In this document: positions 12,401 through 23,896 of the stretch, piece after piece
Position numbering within the stretch: the stretch's first letter is position 1
Layout of the letters: each line of letters opens with the position of its first letter
Assembly: GCA_036172245.1 (NCBI GenBank)
Contig: JAYWIR010000019.1
Span: 62,001 to 126,000 of the forward strand
Length of the DNA: 64,000 nt
From: Raillietiella orientalis
Lineage: Eukaryota
Reading direction: 5' to 3'
The notes under the pieces: generated by a model
The model's database searches: none
What the model was told of the DNA's origin: nothing
Seen by the model: the letters and a program-made list of their open reading frames with translations, nothing else
Made by a program: the position numbers and the translations under genes

Positions 12401-13315
12401 GACGACAATAGAATAAGAGACAGTGGTTTTTAGAGAATTCTTCTGCCATAGCTATTAGTCCTCTGTCTATGCTGACTCGTGAAAAAATGTGATAGAGATT
12501 AATATTTACAATTAGAGTTGGATGAAGTGAATCTAATTCTTGATATTTCTGATATATTTTTCGATGGAGAACATTTCACAGAAGAAATTATGAAAATGTG
12601 TGAATATAAAGTAACTCTATGTGTTGTATAGTAATGTATGCTTTAGTAAGCAACACTTGCTGAGAAAAATGAAAAATTATCATACAACGATCATATCATA
12701 CAAAAACGTGCGAAATACTTCTGATTAAAAAAAACTGATACGGAGGGGATTACTTTTAGACTTTAAACATCAGCAGTTCTCAACGTAGCAAAATAATTAC
12801 ATTCTGTTCAAACACATCTTGTGGGAGAGCTGGGATTATCAAAAACGGTGTGAACATTCTTCCAAGTTTTGTGATGTAAATTATTAAAGCAACCACGGAC
12901 ATTTTAATGAGTTGCTCAAGATTGTAAAGTCCTTCGCTAAAATTTTCATTCTAAAAGCACTGCACCATGAGCTTTGGAATTTTTTGAGATAATTTTTCGG
13001 AACACCAAATGCCTACGATTTCAGAAAACATTCACGATTTCTGTCTTTGTGTGAGTTCGTATGGTGGCATGTGTGAACAACGTGCTCCACATACGCCGGA
13101 GGCCTTGAGTAATCTCCCAGGAAATGTTTGGGAACTGTTCCTGAGGGAACCATGCGTGGTATGGGCTCGTATCAGGTTTTCCCGAGATTATAGAAAGTGG
13201 GCAAGAAGGAAATGGTTCTTTGGAAAAAATAGGTAGTATTGGGAGGTAGTTCCGATTTGTTTGTAATATCCTATGGCAGCAAGCGTCAACGGATATATCT
13301 GTTTTTCCCATCAGA

Positions 13316-16168
13316 ATGCAGGGTTTTCCTTACAAAATGTCGACTCTACGAATGTTTCTCGGAAGAACGAGCAATCTGGATTCCATTAAAACTGTCTCCA
13401 AGAGTCAAAAGGTAAAGGTTGAGTTTATGAAAGTAATTAGGTAGTATATTAGTCTTGTACCCAATTGATGAAAGCATTTTGATTTTCCAAATGCATTTTA
13501 GTTACTTCAAGAATGCGGTTATATTGATTCCCAGTCATCAGGATTTGTCAGTCTCTTGCCTTTCATGGTTCGTTCTCTTGAGAAAGTGACCGTATTAATC
13601 GACCACCTTATGGAAAAGATTCATGCCCAGAAAGTCATATTGCCTTCAATCTGCACAAGTGATTTATGGAAGCTTACTGGTAAGTAGTTTTATGGAATTT
13701 GTACTATCATTCAGTCATCAAGTAAAGATCACGGATCGCTCGTGCATCTATTGCTTGTGAAATTCATGGTCCTATGCATTTGTTCCTTGACTGAATAACT
13801 GACAAGTTCTTTAACCATTTAGTGAAGTATATGTGCCAGCAATTCTTTAAGATTTGTAATGCAATTGTAACGGTAATTTTGTGTTAGTGTATGCCCTTTA
13901 TATTTATTTGGTTTGTAAGTAACATACATGTAATAATTTTTGTTTTACTCATATACATCTTATACAAATTTTACATTGTAATATATCAGGACCTCAGCAG
14001 AATTGAAGAATTGCATCGCTTTTTAGTATGCATTTGCTAGCTTGCTTTTTGTTTTGTTCACTCATTTGTATTTGTCATTGTTGCAAATCTTTGCCACAGC
14101 TTCAATATTCAGTTTATCATTTCTCTTGGTTCTAACTATATGACCTATGATTGGTTATTTATTGTGCTTTGAAGAGATAGTTGTGATGCAAGTGAATACA
14201 GGCACTGGCATTGTGTTTAAGGAAATTCTTGTTTGATATGCTATCTTGCTTTTTGAATAGAGAAGAAATCTGCAAAATGGAATCTTCCTTTGTCACTTCA
14301 CACTAATTCATCATCAAGGTCTTATTGAAAAAGCGTTCCCCTGTTTATTTAAAAAAACACTAAGCTTGATTTCATGGAAGCCTTGATGCAATTTTTGAAA
14401 ACTTCTGTGATTTTTTGCAATACAGCTATTTTGAAAAAGTGCATACATCACTGAACCATACTATCAGTTTCATGTTCTCTGTAGATATTTGGGTTTTGTA
14501 AAAAATCAAATTAGCCCTGTACGAACATTATTTTAAATAACATCCCAAAGGTCTATGTTGCATTTCCTGGTGAATGCAAGGTAAAAAGCTATGCCAACTT
14601 TCTGTAGGCGCTTTCATTTTTAATTTCTAGTGGTCTTATGAAATCACAATAATTAAGCTGTCATTATTGGTGAACAGAAAAGATTCTGATCATTTTCATG
14701 TTTCCAGTTCAAGACAAGTTTCATTGTCAGTGCTTTTAGAACAAAGTGCCTTATTCCTTTTTCAGTCAGGCCTAATGTATCATATCATCCTAACGCATTT
14801 TTGATTTTCCTTATAATTTATTAACTTGTATTTCCATGAGTCACTGTTATTTTTGGTTTGTGAAAGTATTATAAATTAATCTTAATAATTATCAGATGCA
14901 GTGCATCCACATTGGATTCATCAGATTATCATACAATCATTTTCAAATGCATACTAGTAATGAAAATACATCTTAACTGATCTGTAGGTCGTTTGAACTC
15001 ATCAATCCATGAACTATTCACATTGTGTGACCAGCGCAGCAGGCAACATATTTTATGTCCTGTAAGTGATCTTAGTTGGTGTGTTCATTCTTTGCGTAAA
15101 AGACTCACGAGGAATCCATTACATCATTGGTGGCTAGTTTGCCTCATTTATCATATAAGCAGCTGCCTTTCCGCCTGTATCAGATCACCTCCAAATTTCG
15201 TGATGAGAAACGTCCCAAATCGGGTCTTCTCCGTACACGGGAATTCATAATGAAGGATTTATACAGTTTTGACAGCTCAAAAGATACATCTCTGGTGACA
15301 TATAATGCAGTGTGTGCAGCTTATGATGAGATGTTCAGATCCCTGGGTGTTCAGTTTGCCAAAGGTATGGTACCTTTAGTTATTTTTCGTTTTTCAACAA
15401 GAAATTTAGCCAGTTAGTGGATCAGTTGGTATCATGGGTGGTAGTCTTTCCCATGAATATCATTTACTATCAGATGCTGGAGAGAATGAGTTGTTGGTAT
15501 GTTCCAAATGTGGAATCAGCAACAACATGGATTCATCAAAAATTTTATGTGGCCACGAGGCTTCCTTGCCTGCAGAATCCTGTAGTCACTGCTCTGTTCA
15601 CAAAGGAATAGAAGTTTGTCATGCATTCCTGTTAGGAACCCACTATTCTCAGAAAATGGAAGCCCACTTCCTAAATTTTGAAGGCAACTTGGAATGTATG
15701 CAAATGGGATGTTTTGGCATTGGAGTAACAAGGTTGTTGGCAGCACTTGTGGAAATTTTATCAACAGATTCAGCCATTCGTTGGCCCCAGAGCTTAGCCC
15801 CTTTCTCAGCATGTATTGTAACACCCAAGGTAATGTATTGCATGGTACTGTTGAGCCATGGACATTGACCTTTGTTTCAGGCAGGAAGCAAGGAAGAGAA
15901 CCAGGGGAGGATGGTGCTAAAAAAACTCTGTGATAGACTGCATCACTTGAGAAGTGACATTGTCATTGATGACAGAGAGCAACTAACAATTGGACGTCGG
16001 TTATTGGATATCAACAAACTGGGAGTGCCTTATAGCATTATTATAGGAAAAGCAGCTGCACATGATCCTGATTCCCTGGAACTAATACATAATTACACTA
16101 ATGAGCACACCATTACCAGCATGGATGAAATCTGTGAGCGGATAGTTTCCTTGTGCAGCAGCATTTAG
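13316..16168 (+). CDS. PARS2: Mitochondrial prolyl-tRNA synthetase (class II), 437 aa, 6 coding exons
   Basis: Exons 13316-13411, 13502-13679, 14988-15061, 15103-15364, 15414-15829, 15881-16168 (1314 nt, GT-AG). Motifs: [52 protein letters not shown] (motif 2), [29 protein letters not shown] (motif 3), anticodon domain IDDR..IGRRL..GVPY. No large INS editing domain, as expected for the metazoan mitochondrial enzyme. Confidence 0.95.
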
Positions 16169-17334
16169 CTACAGTCAGCTGCTCATGATTTCGTATTTCA
16201 CTATTTTAACTAAGGGTTCCTTATGTTGGTGGTTACATTTTGACACCTGCTTGCAATACTGAAGTGGCCTTCATCTGGATGTGCCACCAAGTAGTAATAA
16301 CTGCATAGTGTTAAAGCCTCGAGATAGGGAAACAATCACTTTGCAAGTAGGGTCTAATCACATTATGAAACATGTGAAATATGAAATACATTCACCCAGA
16401 GTTGAAGTTTTCTGTTTTCATCATGGTGGAGCAAAAGTAATCTGAGGTAAATTTCCATTTTCCTTCATGATCTTTTTATCTTGGGTGAGACATCTATGCG
16501 GAATGCACGAAGCATTTCAAACATATAAAAACTACATGTGAAAATCAAGAACGCACCGCTTTATATTTCAACAGCCATCAACACGTTTGTGGTTATATGG
16601 TGGCAGGTGTTTTTGTCACCCCGGTTTTGTTAATTGTCCACAATTGAAGCACAATAGACCGGATTGTAATGTGCATCCTCCCCAAACGGAATTGAACAAA
16701 CGGTCTCGAATGTAGCTGTTTTCGAGGCCTTTGCATGACTCGCCGCTGCCTTCAGCTGTTTGAAAGCAAGTGTTGCCCCAAAGCCCGATGGTGTTCCTTC
16801 CACCCTTATTCCGGGTGATGAAAATGGCTGCCTTTGCCATTCTGAAGTCGTACGATGGCATCATTATTACCATAGCCATTACATCACTCTTTACGTAAGC
16901 AGTCAGGGATTTGGTATGAAGCAGACCAATGTAACGAAGTTGTAATAAAAAGGAAGTTGCATTCCAGCGTCAGTGATCTTCTAAATGACGCTAAGACCAA
17001 GCCGCCGTTGCACCCTTCCTCCTCCGTCCCCTGGAAAATCCCCGGAGTGGGGACCTTGCAGGTTCCCTCTTTTCATTTATGCCAGTTGAACCACATGCCT
17101 GACGTTTATGCGTGCCATTTTTTTCGTTTTTGTTTTTCTGTGACTACTGTCGGCTGAATTCACCTGCTGCTTGCAGAAAACCTTTGCTTTGCCTTTCGAA
17201 ATTGGCAAGCGTGCTGCTTAGGAAGGGAGGAAGGAAGAGTTTTTTTTGGCGTCGAATGTGTACTTGTTGGTAATCGCTCAAGTGTTTGATTGATGCAGCG
17301 ATGAGAATGTGGAAATTGTACATGGTAAGAAGGT

Positions 17335-18484
17335 TCAGATTTTTTGCGCCCGTCTTGTTTCAACGTGAGGGAGTACCAGAGCACCCAAGCAGCGGTTGAA
17401 CATCCTCACAGGAGCTTCGATTTCAGTCAGCACATTTTCTGTCCCAAGCTGGAAAGGTTTTCCAGGATCTTGCCAAGTCCATTCATGTGGGGAACAGAGC
17501 TTCTTAAGAAACTTTTGGATGCTGTCGAAATGAAAACTTGGGGATCGATTAATTCTCATGCCAAGGATTCGTGCATGCGAAACTTCCGCAAATTTTGTTC
17601 TTATTTGTCCAAAAATGCTTTTGAAGTGTGGATTCATGGGATCACAGAAAAACTATAAAATGCCGAGAAATGCAGGAAGTTTTAATGAGGCAGCCTGACT
17701 CCTTCGTGTGGAAGCTTTTGGGATTTTTCTTGGGGCATGACTCCGATACCTTTGCCGTTGACCGCTGTCGCAAGCTGCCGACATCTCCAGATGAAGTCGT
17801 CATGAACTCTTCAGGACCCTTCTGCGCTTAGCGGTCGCGAAAAGAATCCAATCTACACCCTCAATCCTCGAGGTGTTCACACGTCTGCTACCATGTCCGA
17901 AAGAGCGACCAAACCGAGCAATGACGTACGGACGTCCACACATCCGGGCGAACGCAAGCGTGCTCGACATTTGAAGATGGTGCGCCCAAGGTAGCCACTG
18001 ATAAACATATGAGGCAAGCAAATGTACCGTTTCGGTACGCACGCTCCAATGCAAGGAAGCATAGCCCTTCGTCGAGAGCATTCAGATCTGGGAAAGGTTA
18101 TGCTCTGCGTTGGTCAGCACCACGAGTACAGCCACTTTTTTTACACCAGGCATCATCTGTGGTTCTTTGACTACCGCGTCGTGCACGCTGCTCGATTTGA
18201 TCTGCCGTTGCGTCGCACAAGAAGAGGCGCAGATCGGATGTGCAGGAGGTTTTCGACACGGGAAGGGAGTCCTTGACGCACCCTCAGTCGCTACGTGCGA
18301 AATGTCAATGTCGCTGCCATCGCGTTTGGTCAACCTCATCGAGGAACTGTCGCAGGGAAAATGGGGGCTGGTTCCCTCAAAACTAGCCAGTTCCGGGAGA
18401 GCGGCCCACTCTAGTGTCCCAGAACGAGGCGGAAGAATCGACCCGCGATCCTGCTCGGCGTCCCTTGCCCTGGTGAGAACAGCA
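17335..18484 (-). CDS. Candidate multi-exon orphan gene (3' four exons; 5' end probably extends to about 19.3-20.5 kb)
   Basis: Segments 18484-18282, 18087-17930, 17821-17750 and 17652-17335 each follow an AG, the first three end at GT, and they join in one open frame (...HVATE/DLNALDEGLC...VWTS/KGPEEFM...STAK/FFCDPMNPHF...AQKI*). No homolog recognised. Confidence 0.4.
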
Positions 18485-21149
18485 CTGGAGGAAAGAAAGG
18501 AGACCAAATACACACACACAAAAAAAAAAACTCTCTCTCGTGTTTGCCTGCTGAGGAGCGCTGACTTCTGTATGAGCACGCGTGGTAGGATCTTTGGGTG
18601 GCGAAGAACGGCGAGGTGCTCAGGTAACTTAGGATTCCTCGCGGTCAGGCGGAAAACACGAAGAGGATGGTGGTGTGCGCCAACATCCAGCATTGCTTGG
18701 GACACATCCTGGGTCACAGGATGCTCTGTCAGGGAACATTTCTCAGAGGAACAAGATGGTGGAGGTTGCCCGCACCTCTTCCAACATATATCGTAAAAAC
18801 AAGATTAGTCTTTGCTACGAATAATTATTGATAAATCATTATGCTCACTTTTCAGTGAACATAAGGAGTCGCTAACGCACATGCTTGGAGGTTTAGTGCC
18901 TCCACCTGAATTTGGCCTACATTGAGAAACATTGTATCAGCTTCTGTTGTGAAGGCAACAGCTGTGAATCAAGCGCGGAGGCTGCTGTACGAAATTCAGT
19001 TTCCCGCTCTCAGCTTTCGGCAGACCGCACGTGTGTGTTCCGCACCTCCGTTTTCGCGCTTCCGTGGACCTTGTTGGTAACTTTCTTAGCCCAAGCCCGA
19101 AAGGGTTCAGAAGTGACGATTGATTCTAGGGCTAGTGGCTTTCTAGATGCGTTTGTTGTTCTCGAATGGGGTTGTCCGTTCTTTGTTGGTGTTCGTCGCA
19201 CGCTGCTCCACAGAATCTCGTGTTGAGAGGCAGATCGATTGCGGGTCCCCTCTTGATGCTGTGATTGCTGAGGAGCTTTGAGGCTTAGAATCAGCGCGGG
19301 ATCGAAGGTTCTTCGATTCCAGCTCGGTTTTCTAGGGCATCACCGACGTTCCACCTCACTCGAGCAAGAGCAATGAGATGAAACATAGCAGAAAATTTTT
19401 TAGGACAAGCAATTGTAAATTGTATGATAACCAGAGGCAGAGAGTGTTCTCATAAATCATTGATTGGAGGATCTGATCTCAGCCGCATATACTTCAGTGC
19501 GACTGATGTGATATGATTACAGTGTACGTTCGCCATGGTCACCTTTGCTGGAGTCGAAATTTCAAAAACGTTGCCTTCATGGGATGTCGTTGATTGTGCC
19601 GAGATGGGTAGCCGAAATGAAAAAAAAAAAATCATTTTGGATGATGGAATAAAAGAATCCAAATTGCTGAACAGTCACGTGAAGTTTTATAATCAGATGA
19701 ACAACAAATTGAGTAACGTTACAAGAGTAAAAATCATGAATGATGATGGAACGATATGGAATTTGATCCAAGCTTCTTCACGAATTGCCGTTTCCCGCGT
19801 TCTTCTCAGGAGAAGAACATCACTCTGTGACCACTCCAGAGCTGAATTGAACGGGTGGTCAACGACTTCGCCAATATAGAATTTTGGAAACTTTTGGTCG
19901 CTCTCATCTAAGTTTTCTCTCCCGCGTGCTCCACAGGAGCGTTCGTGATGGCATCCAGATCATGGACTCTCCCCTCTTCCAACTTCCCGAGAAAACAGGA
20001 ACCTGCGAGGCGTCGCGGGAAAGTTTCTTCCCGGATGTTCCCAACGCCGCGTCTTCTTCTTGGAGGTGCTCTCAGCTGCCACCCATCCATCCTTTGCCAA
20101 AAATCCCCCATCACATCCCAGCCGAACGTGGATTTCCTCGGCCTTTCCTTTCAGGATGCCATTTGTGATGGTGGCTCTTTTCAAGTCTCGCCGTTGTACA
20201 AAGAAAAAGCCGCGGATGCGAAGCTCCTCCCATTCCAGGAAACTTAGAGATCGCCATCTTGTTCTTCGGTGTTGTCGGGACATCGCAGCACGAGACTTCC
20301 CTTCGGTCCTCTTCATTTTCCACGATTTCTCGAAATTGCTGATTGGTCCACGGAAACATTTCGGACGCGGCAGCTTCGTTCTCTCCTTCGATTTCACGTG
20401 AAACATCCAACGTTTGTCCGATAGTTGATGGATCTCTCTCGTTTTTCCCCCATCCTTCGCGCGGTCGGAAAAGGTTTCTCTTACCTCTCAAAATGTTGAC
20501 TGCATCAAGGGCTGCTTGTGTCAAAAGTCTCCCTCATCGAAGGTGACTGCATCGAATGTGCACTGTGATACAGTTACTATGCCAACATAGTCACCTGTCA
20601 CAGAGCATGATATAATACCGTTACTTCGACCATCAACATCACAAGAACGTAATTATCTGTCAGAAGACATGGTCAAGTTAACATGAAAGTAACACGTGAG
20701 AACAGTTCTTTGAAAAAAAGCACGAACGCACACAGAAGGAGAAGAAGAGCGAGAATCGGCTTCAGCCGGCAAACTCTTTCTAATGTTGCTGCAGAGAGCA
20801 AATCCACCTGCAAATGCATCCACCCGAACGGCTATGGAGCAAAGAATCGCTCGTCGGTGGTCGGTAACGAATCACCCCATTGTGTCACTCTGGGCCGACC
20901 GTCATTGTCACCAGAATGAGTGTGGCAGCAAGCCGTCGCATAAACCAGCCGTCCATCGCATTGACTTCGGTGTTGTGGCTCAGTGAGTCCGCACGCCTGC
21001 CACGTGTGGGTGGGTGGTGGTGGATCCCTTAAGATTGCAAAGGTCGCCTTTCAGACGAGATGGCTTAGAACAGAGAAATCCATCGCAGTGGCAAGGAGCG
21101 GGTGACGGAGTGAGACGTCCTCCTGTGCAGACCACATAGCGCCCTGATT

Positions 21150-21500
21150 CTTTCTTTTTCTTTTCGAAAAAAGAAAGAGAGACAAAGGTGAGGGCGGTTC
21201 TCCTGGGGGGAGGTCTTCACGCCCACTTTTGATCGGTCCCGCGCGTATTTTCGGTGCAGGCCGATCATACGGTCGCGAGCGGAAAGCGCGCCAGGCGACC
21301 ACAGAGCGAGGGACGCGCGCGCACCTTCGGCGCCAAAGCCGAGTGCGGAGCCGCTGCGCAGGAACCGGACACGCGATCTGGCGTGATTTCAGCGCGCAGG
21401 CGCGTTCCCCAAGCACTGACGCAACGGTCCGCGCAGGCGAGGCGCGCGTGCGTCGCTGAGGCAGCGGCAGTCCCTGCCCCGATGCCTGCCGGTGAGCAGC
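21150..21500. promoter_or_regulatory. CpG/GC-rich island between the CEP83 3' end and the orphan locus
   Basis: Many CGCG/GCGC runs and no coding signature; lies upstream of the - strand orphan candidate. Confidence 0.35.
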
Positions 21501-21554
21501 GTCCGGGCCGAATGAGGTGCTGTGGAAGTGGAGGTAGACGGACCGGAGAGCCTT

Positions 21555-23896
21555 TTATTTCCGGGAGCGGAGAAGGGATGCCGGGGAGGTAGCCCGATGC
21601 CCTGCAGGCTGGCCACCCGGACTGGCGTTGCAGTCTGTGTGCACGCACCCCAGAGGACTCCGCTGCTGCTGTTCCTCCTTCTCTTCCTCCTCCACGCCGA
21701 CGCCCCGGCGCGCGGCGGCGGATCGTCGAGGCAGCTGGACGTCCAGGAGAAGCCTGGAGAACTCCCGGTGGTGGCGCTCCAGGACCCCGAGTTTCTCCCG
21801 GAGGCGGGCATACGCCTCCAAGGGAACGCCCGCTGTCCGCGGTCCGTCCGCCAGGCGGGCCCGCAGCTTCTTGGCCAGCGCCGCGTACTGCCGCAGCTTG
21901 TGCTTGGCGCGGGCGAGCTCCTCCAGTTGGGCACCGCGCCCGTCCGCCAGCAGGCGCTCCAGCTCGGCGACGCGGTCCTCCAGACGCGCCCGCTCCTCCC
22001 GGTGGTCCGCGCGCGTCCGCGACAGCAGCGCCTCCAACGACCGGCGCTGGCAGTCGCTCTCGTCGGTGCGCCCGACCGCGGCCACCCGCTCCGCCTCCAG
22101 CTCCTCCTTGAGGCGCCGCACCTCCGCCTCCCGCTCCCGCAGCTCCCGGGAGCTCGACTCCGCCTCCCGCTGCAGCTCCAGCCTCCTCTCCTTCTCCTGC
22201 TCCGCCTCCTGCTCCAGCACGCGCAGGGCGCCCATCTGTGCCCGCAGCTCCGCCAGATCGCGCTCCTCGTCGCCACACCTCCGCTCCGCTTCTTGCAGGC
22301 GACGCTGCAGCTGTTCGCACCGCTCCCGAAGCTCCTCCTCCCGGTGGGAGCACGTGACCTTCAGGACCTGCGCAGAAGGGGGAAAAATGAGAAGCACGCG
22401 TGGCTTTCCGCCGCGGAGATCAAGGCCAGGAGCTCACCGCTTCTTCCTCTTCCTCCTTCCCTTCCTACTCCCTTCCCCTTCCTTTCTCCCTTCTGTTTAC
22501 CTGCAGGCACTTTTCCAGGTCTGCGTTCTTCAACTGCAAGTCCCTGCGTTCGGAGGCTTCCAGCTCGCGGGCTTCGCGCAGCCTCAGCTCCCACTGCATC
22601 TCCTGGATGTGGAACTGGGACTCCATCTCCTGCAGGAGCGCCTGCCCGGTCGCGAGCTCCTGGCGGGCGGCTGCGGGAGGGAAACATGGGAAGTTCCGGA
22701 GGGCTTCTCTCGGCTCACCGTCGCGCTCCCCCTCCAGACTCTTCCGCTCCTTCTCGGTCTCCGCGCGCGCGTGCGCCCACTGCATGCGCTCCTCGCTCTG
22801 CCGGAGCTGGCAGCGGTGCTCGCGCTCCTCCTGCTCGGTTCGCAGCGCCGTCTCCTGCACTTTCAGGTGGCGCAGCTCGGCCTCCGCCTCCGCGTGCACC
22901 ACCCTCAAGTTCTGCAGCTCCCCCTGCGACCCTTCCAGCTGCACGCGCAGACTTGACTTCTCGCTCTGGGGAAGGAAAGGGAGGGGGGCATCGAAGAGTA
23001 GACGCCCTCCTCGTCTCTGCGCGACCCCTCACTTCCAGCACCCGGATCCTTCCCTGCAGGCTCGCGACCTCCTCGAAGTGCGCCCGAGCCTCGGCGGCCT
23101 GCTGCTGCGCTTGCGCGTCCAAGCGCGCCTGTAGCTCCTCCCCGTGGGATGTGGCCACGCGCAGCTGCTGCTGCAGGGAGGCGTTCTCCCTGTTCAGGGA
23201 CTCCATCCTCTCCGAGAGGCCACTCTCCCATTGCAGCCGCTCCTCCTGCAGAGCCTTCTTGTCCTCCTCCAGCTGCTCCACCTGCAGGGGGAGGGAGATA
23301 GGGGATCGCGGGTCCCGGACGCACCTCCGCCGCGTGCCTCGCCCGTGCCTCCTCCAGGTGCTGCCTGTGCATCCGGCGCGCGCCTTCCAGCTCCGCGCGA
23401 AGCGCATCCCTCTCGCGGAGCAGCTGGCCACCCAGTGCCCGCCGCTCTTCCACCTCCTCCTCCATCCTCGCCGCCCTTTCCCGGAAGTCCTCCTCGACCT
23501 CCCGGCGAACTTCCTCCCTCAGGCGGTGCAGGTCATGCGGGCCGAGCGCCTGCTTCTCCAGGTCTGCCACCTCTTCCTCCCTCTCCTTCAGCGCCGCCCT
23601 CAGCCGAAACACGAGCTTGGCGTGGGCGCCCTCCGCCTTCTTCTGGCGGGCGTGCAGCCGCAGGACCTCCCTCGTCCTCTCCGTGAGGTCGTCGTATAGC
23701 CTGAGGGGATGAGGAGGTCGCACCGCGCCCCTTCCGGACGGGACACCGACCTGGAGATCTCCTTCTCGAGAGCCCAGCACCTGCTCCTGTAGTGGCCTCC
23801 GCTGCCGCCGCCGCCGCCGCTCTGAGCCTCCCTCCTCAGGATCTCGCGCACCTGCCGCCTGAGGGTTCCTGACTCATCTTCCCCTTCCTCGCGAAC
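21555..23896 (-). CDS. CEP83: CEP83/CCDC41-like centriolar distal-appendage coiled-coil protein (core ~666 aa; more 5' exons likely up to ~24650)
   Basis: Exons 23896-23751, 23700-23325, 23281-23033, 22965-22719, 22670-22501, 22367-21555 (2001 nt, in frame, GT-AG). 'QALGPHDLHRLREEVRREVEEDFRERAARMEEEVEE' and 'GVPLEAYARLREKLGVLERHHREFSRLLL' match the N- and C-terminal motifs I recall from human CEP83 ([20 protein letters not shown]...; [29 protein letters not shown]). AATAAA overlaps the TAA stop (21559-21554). Start codon not resolved. Confidence 0.8.

Noticed and set aside
21522..23699. 725-aa + strand ORF and other long overlapping ORFs
   Set aside because: Antisense shadow of the GC-rich CEP83 gene: L/R/P/A-rich with no domain, and the sense strand's avoidance of TTA/CTA/TCA explains the lack of stops.
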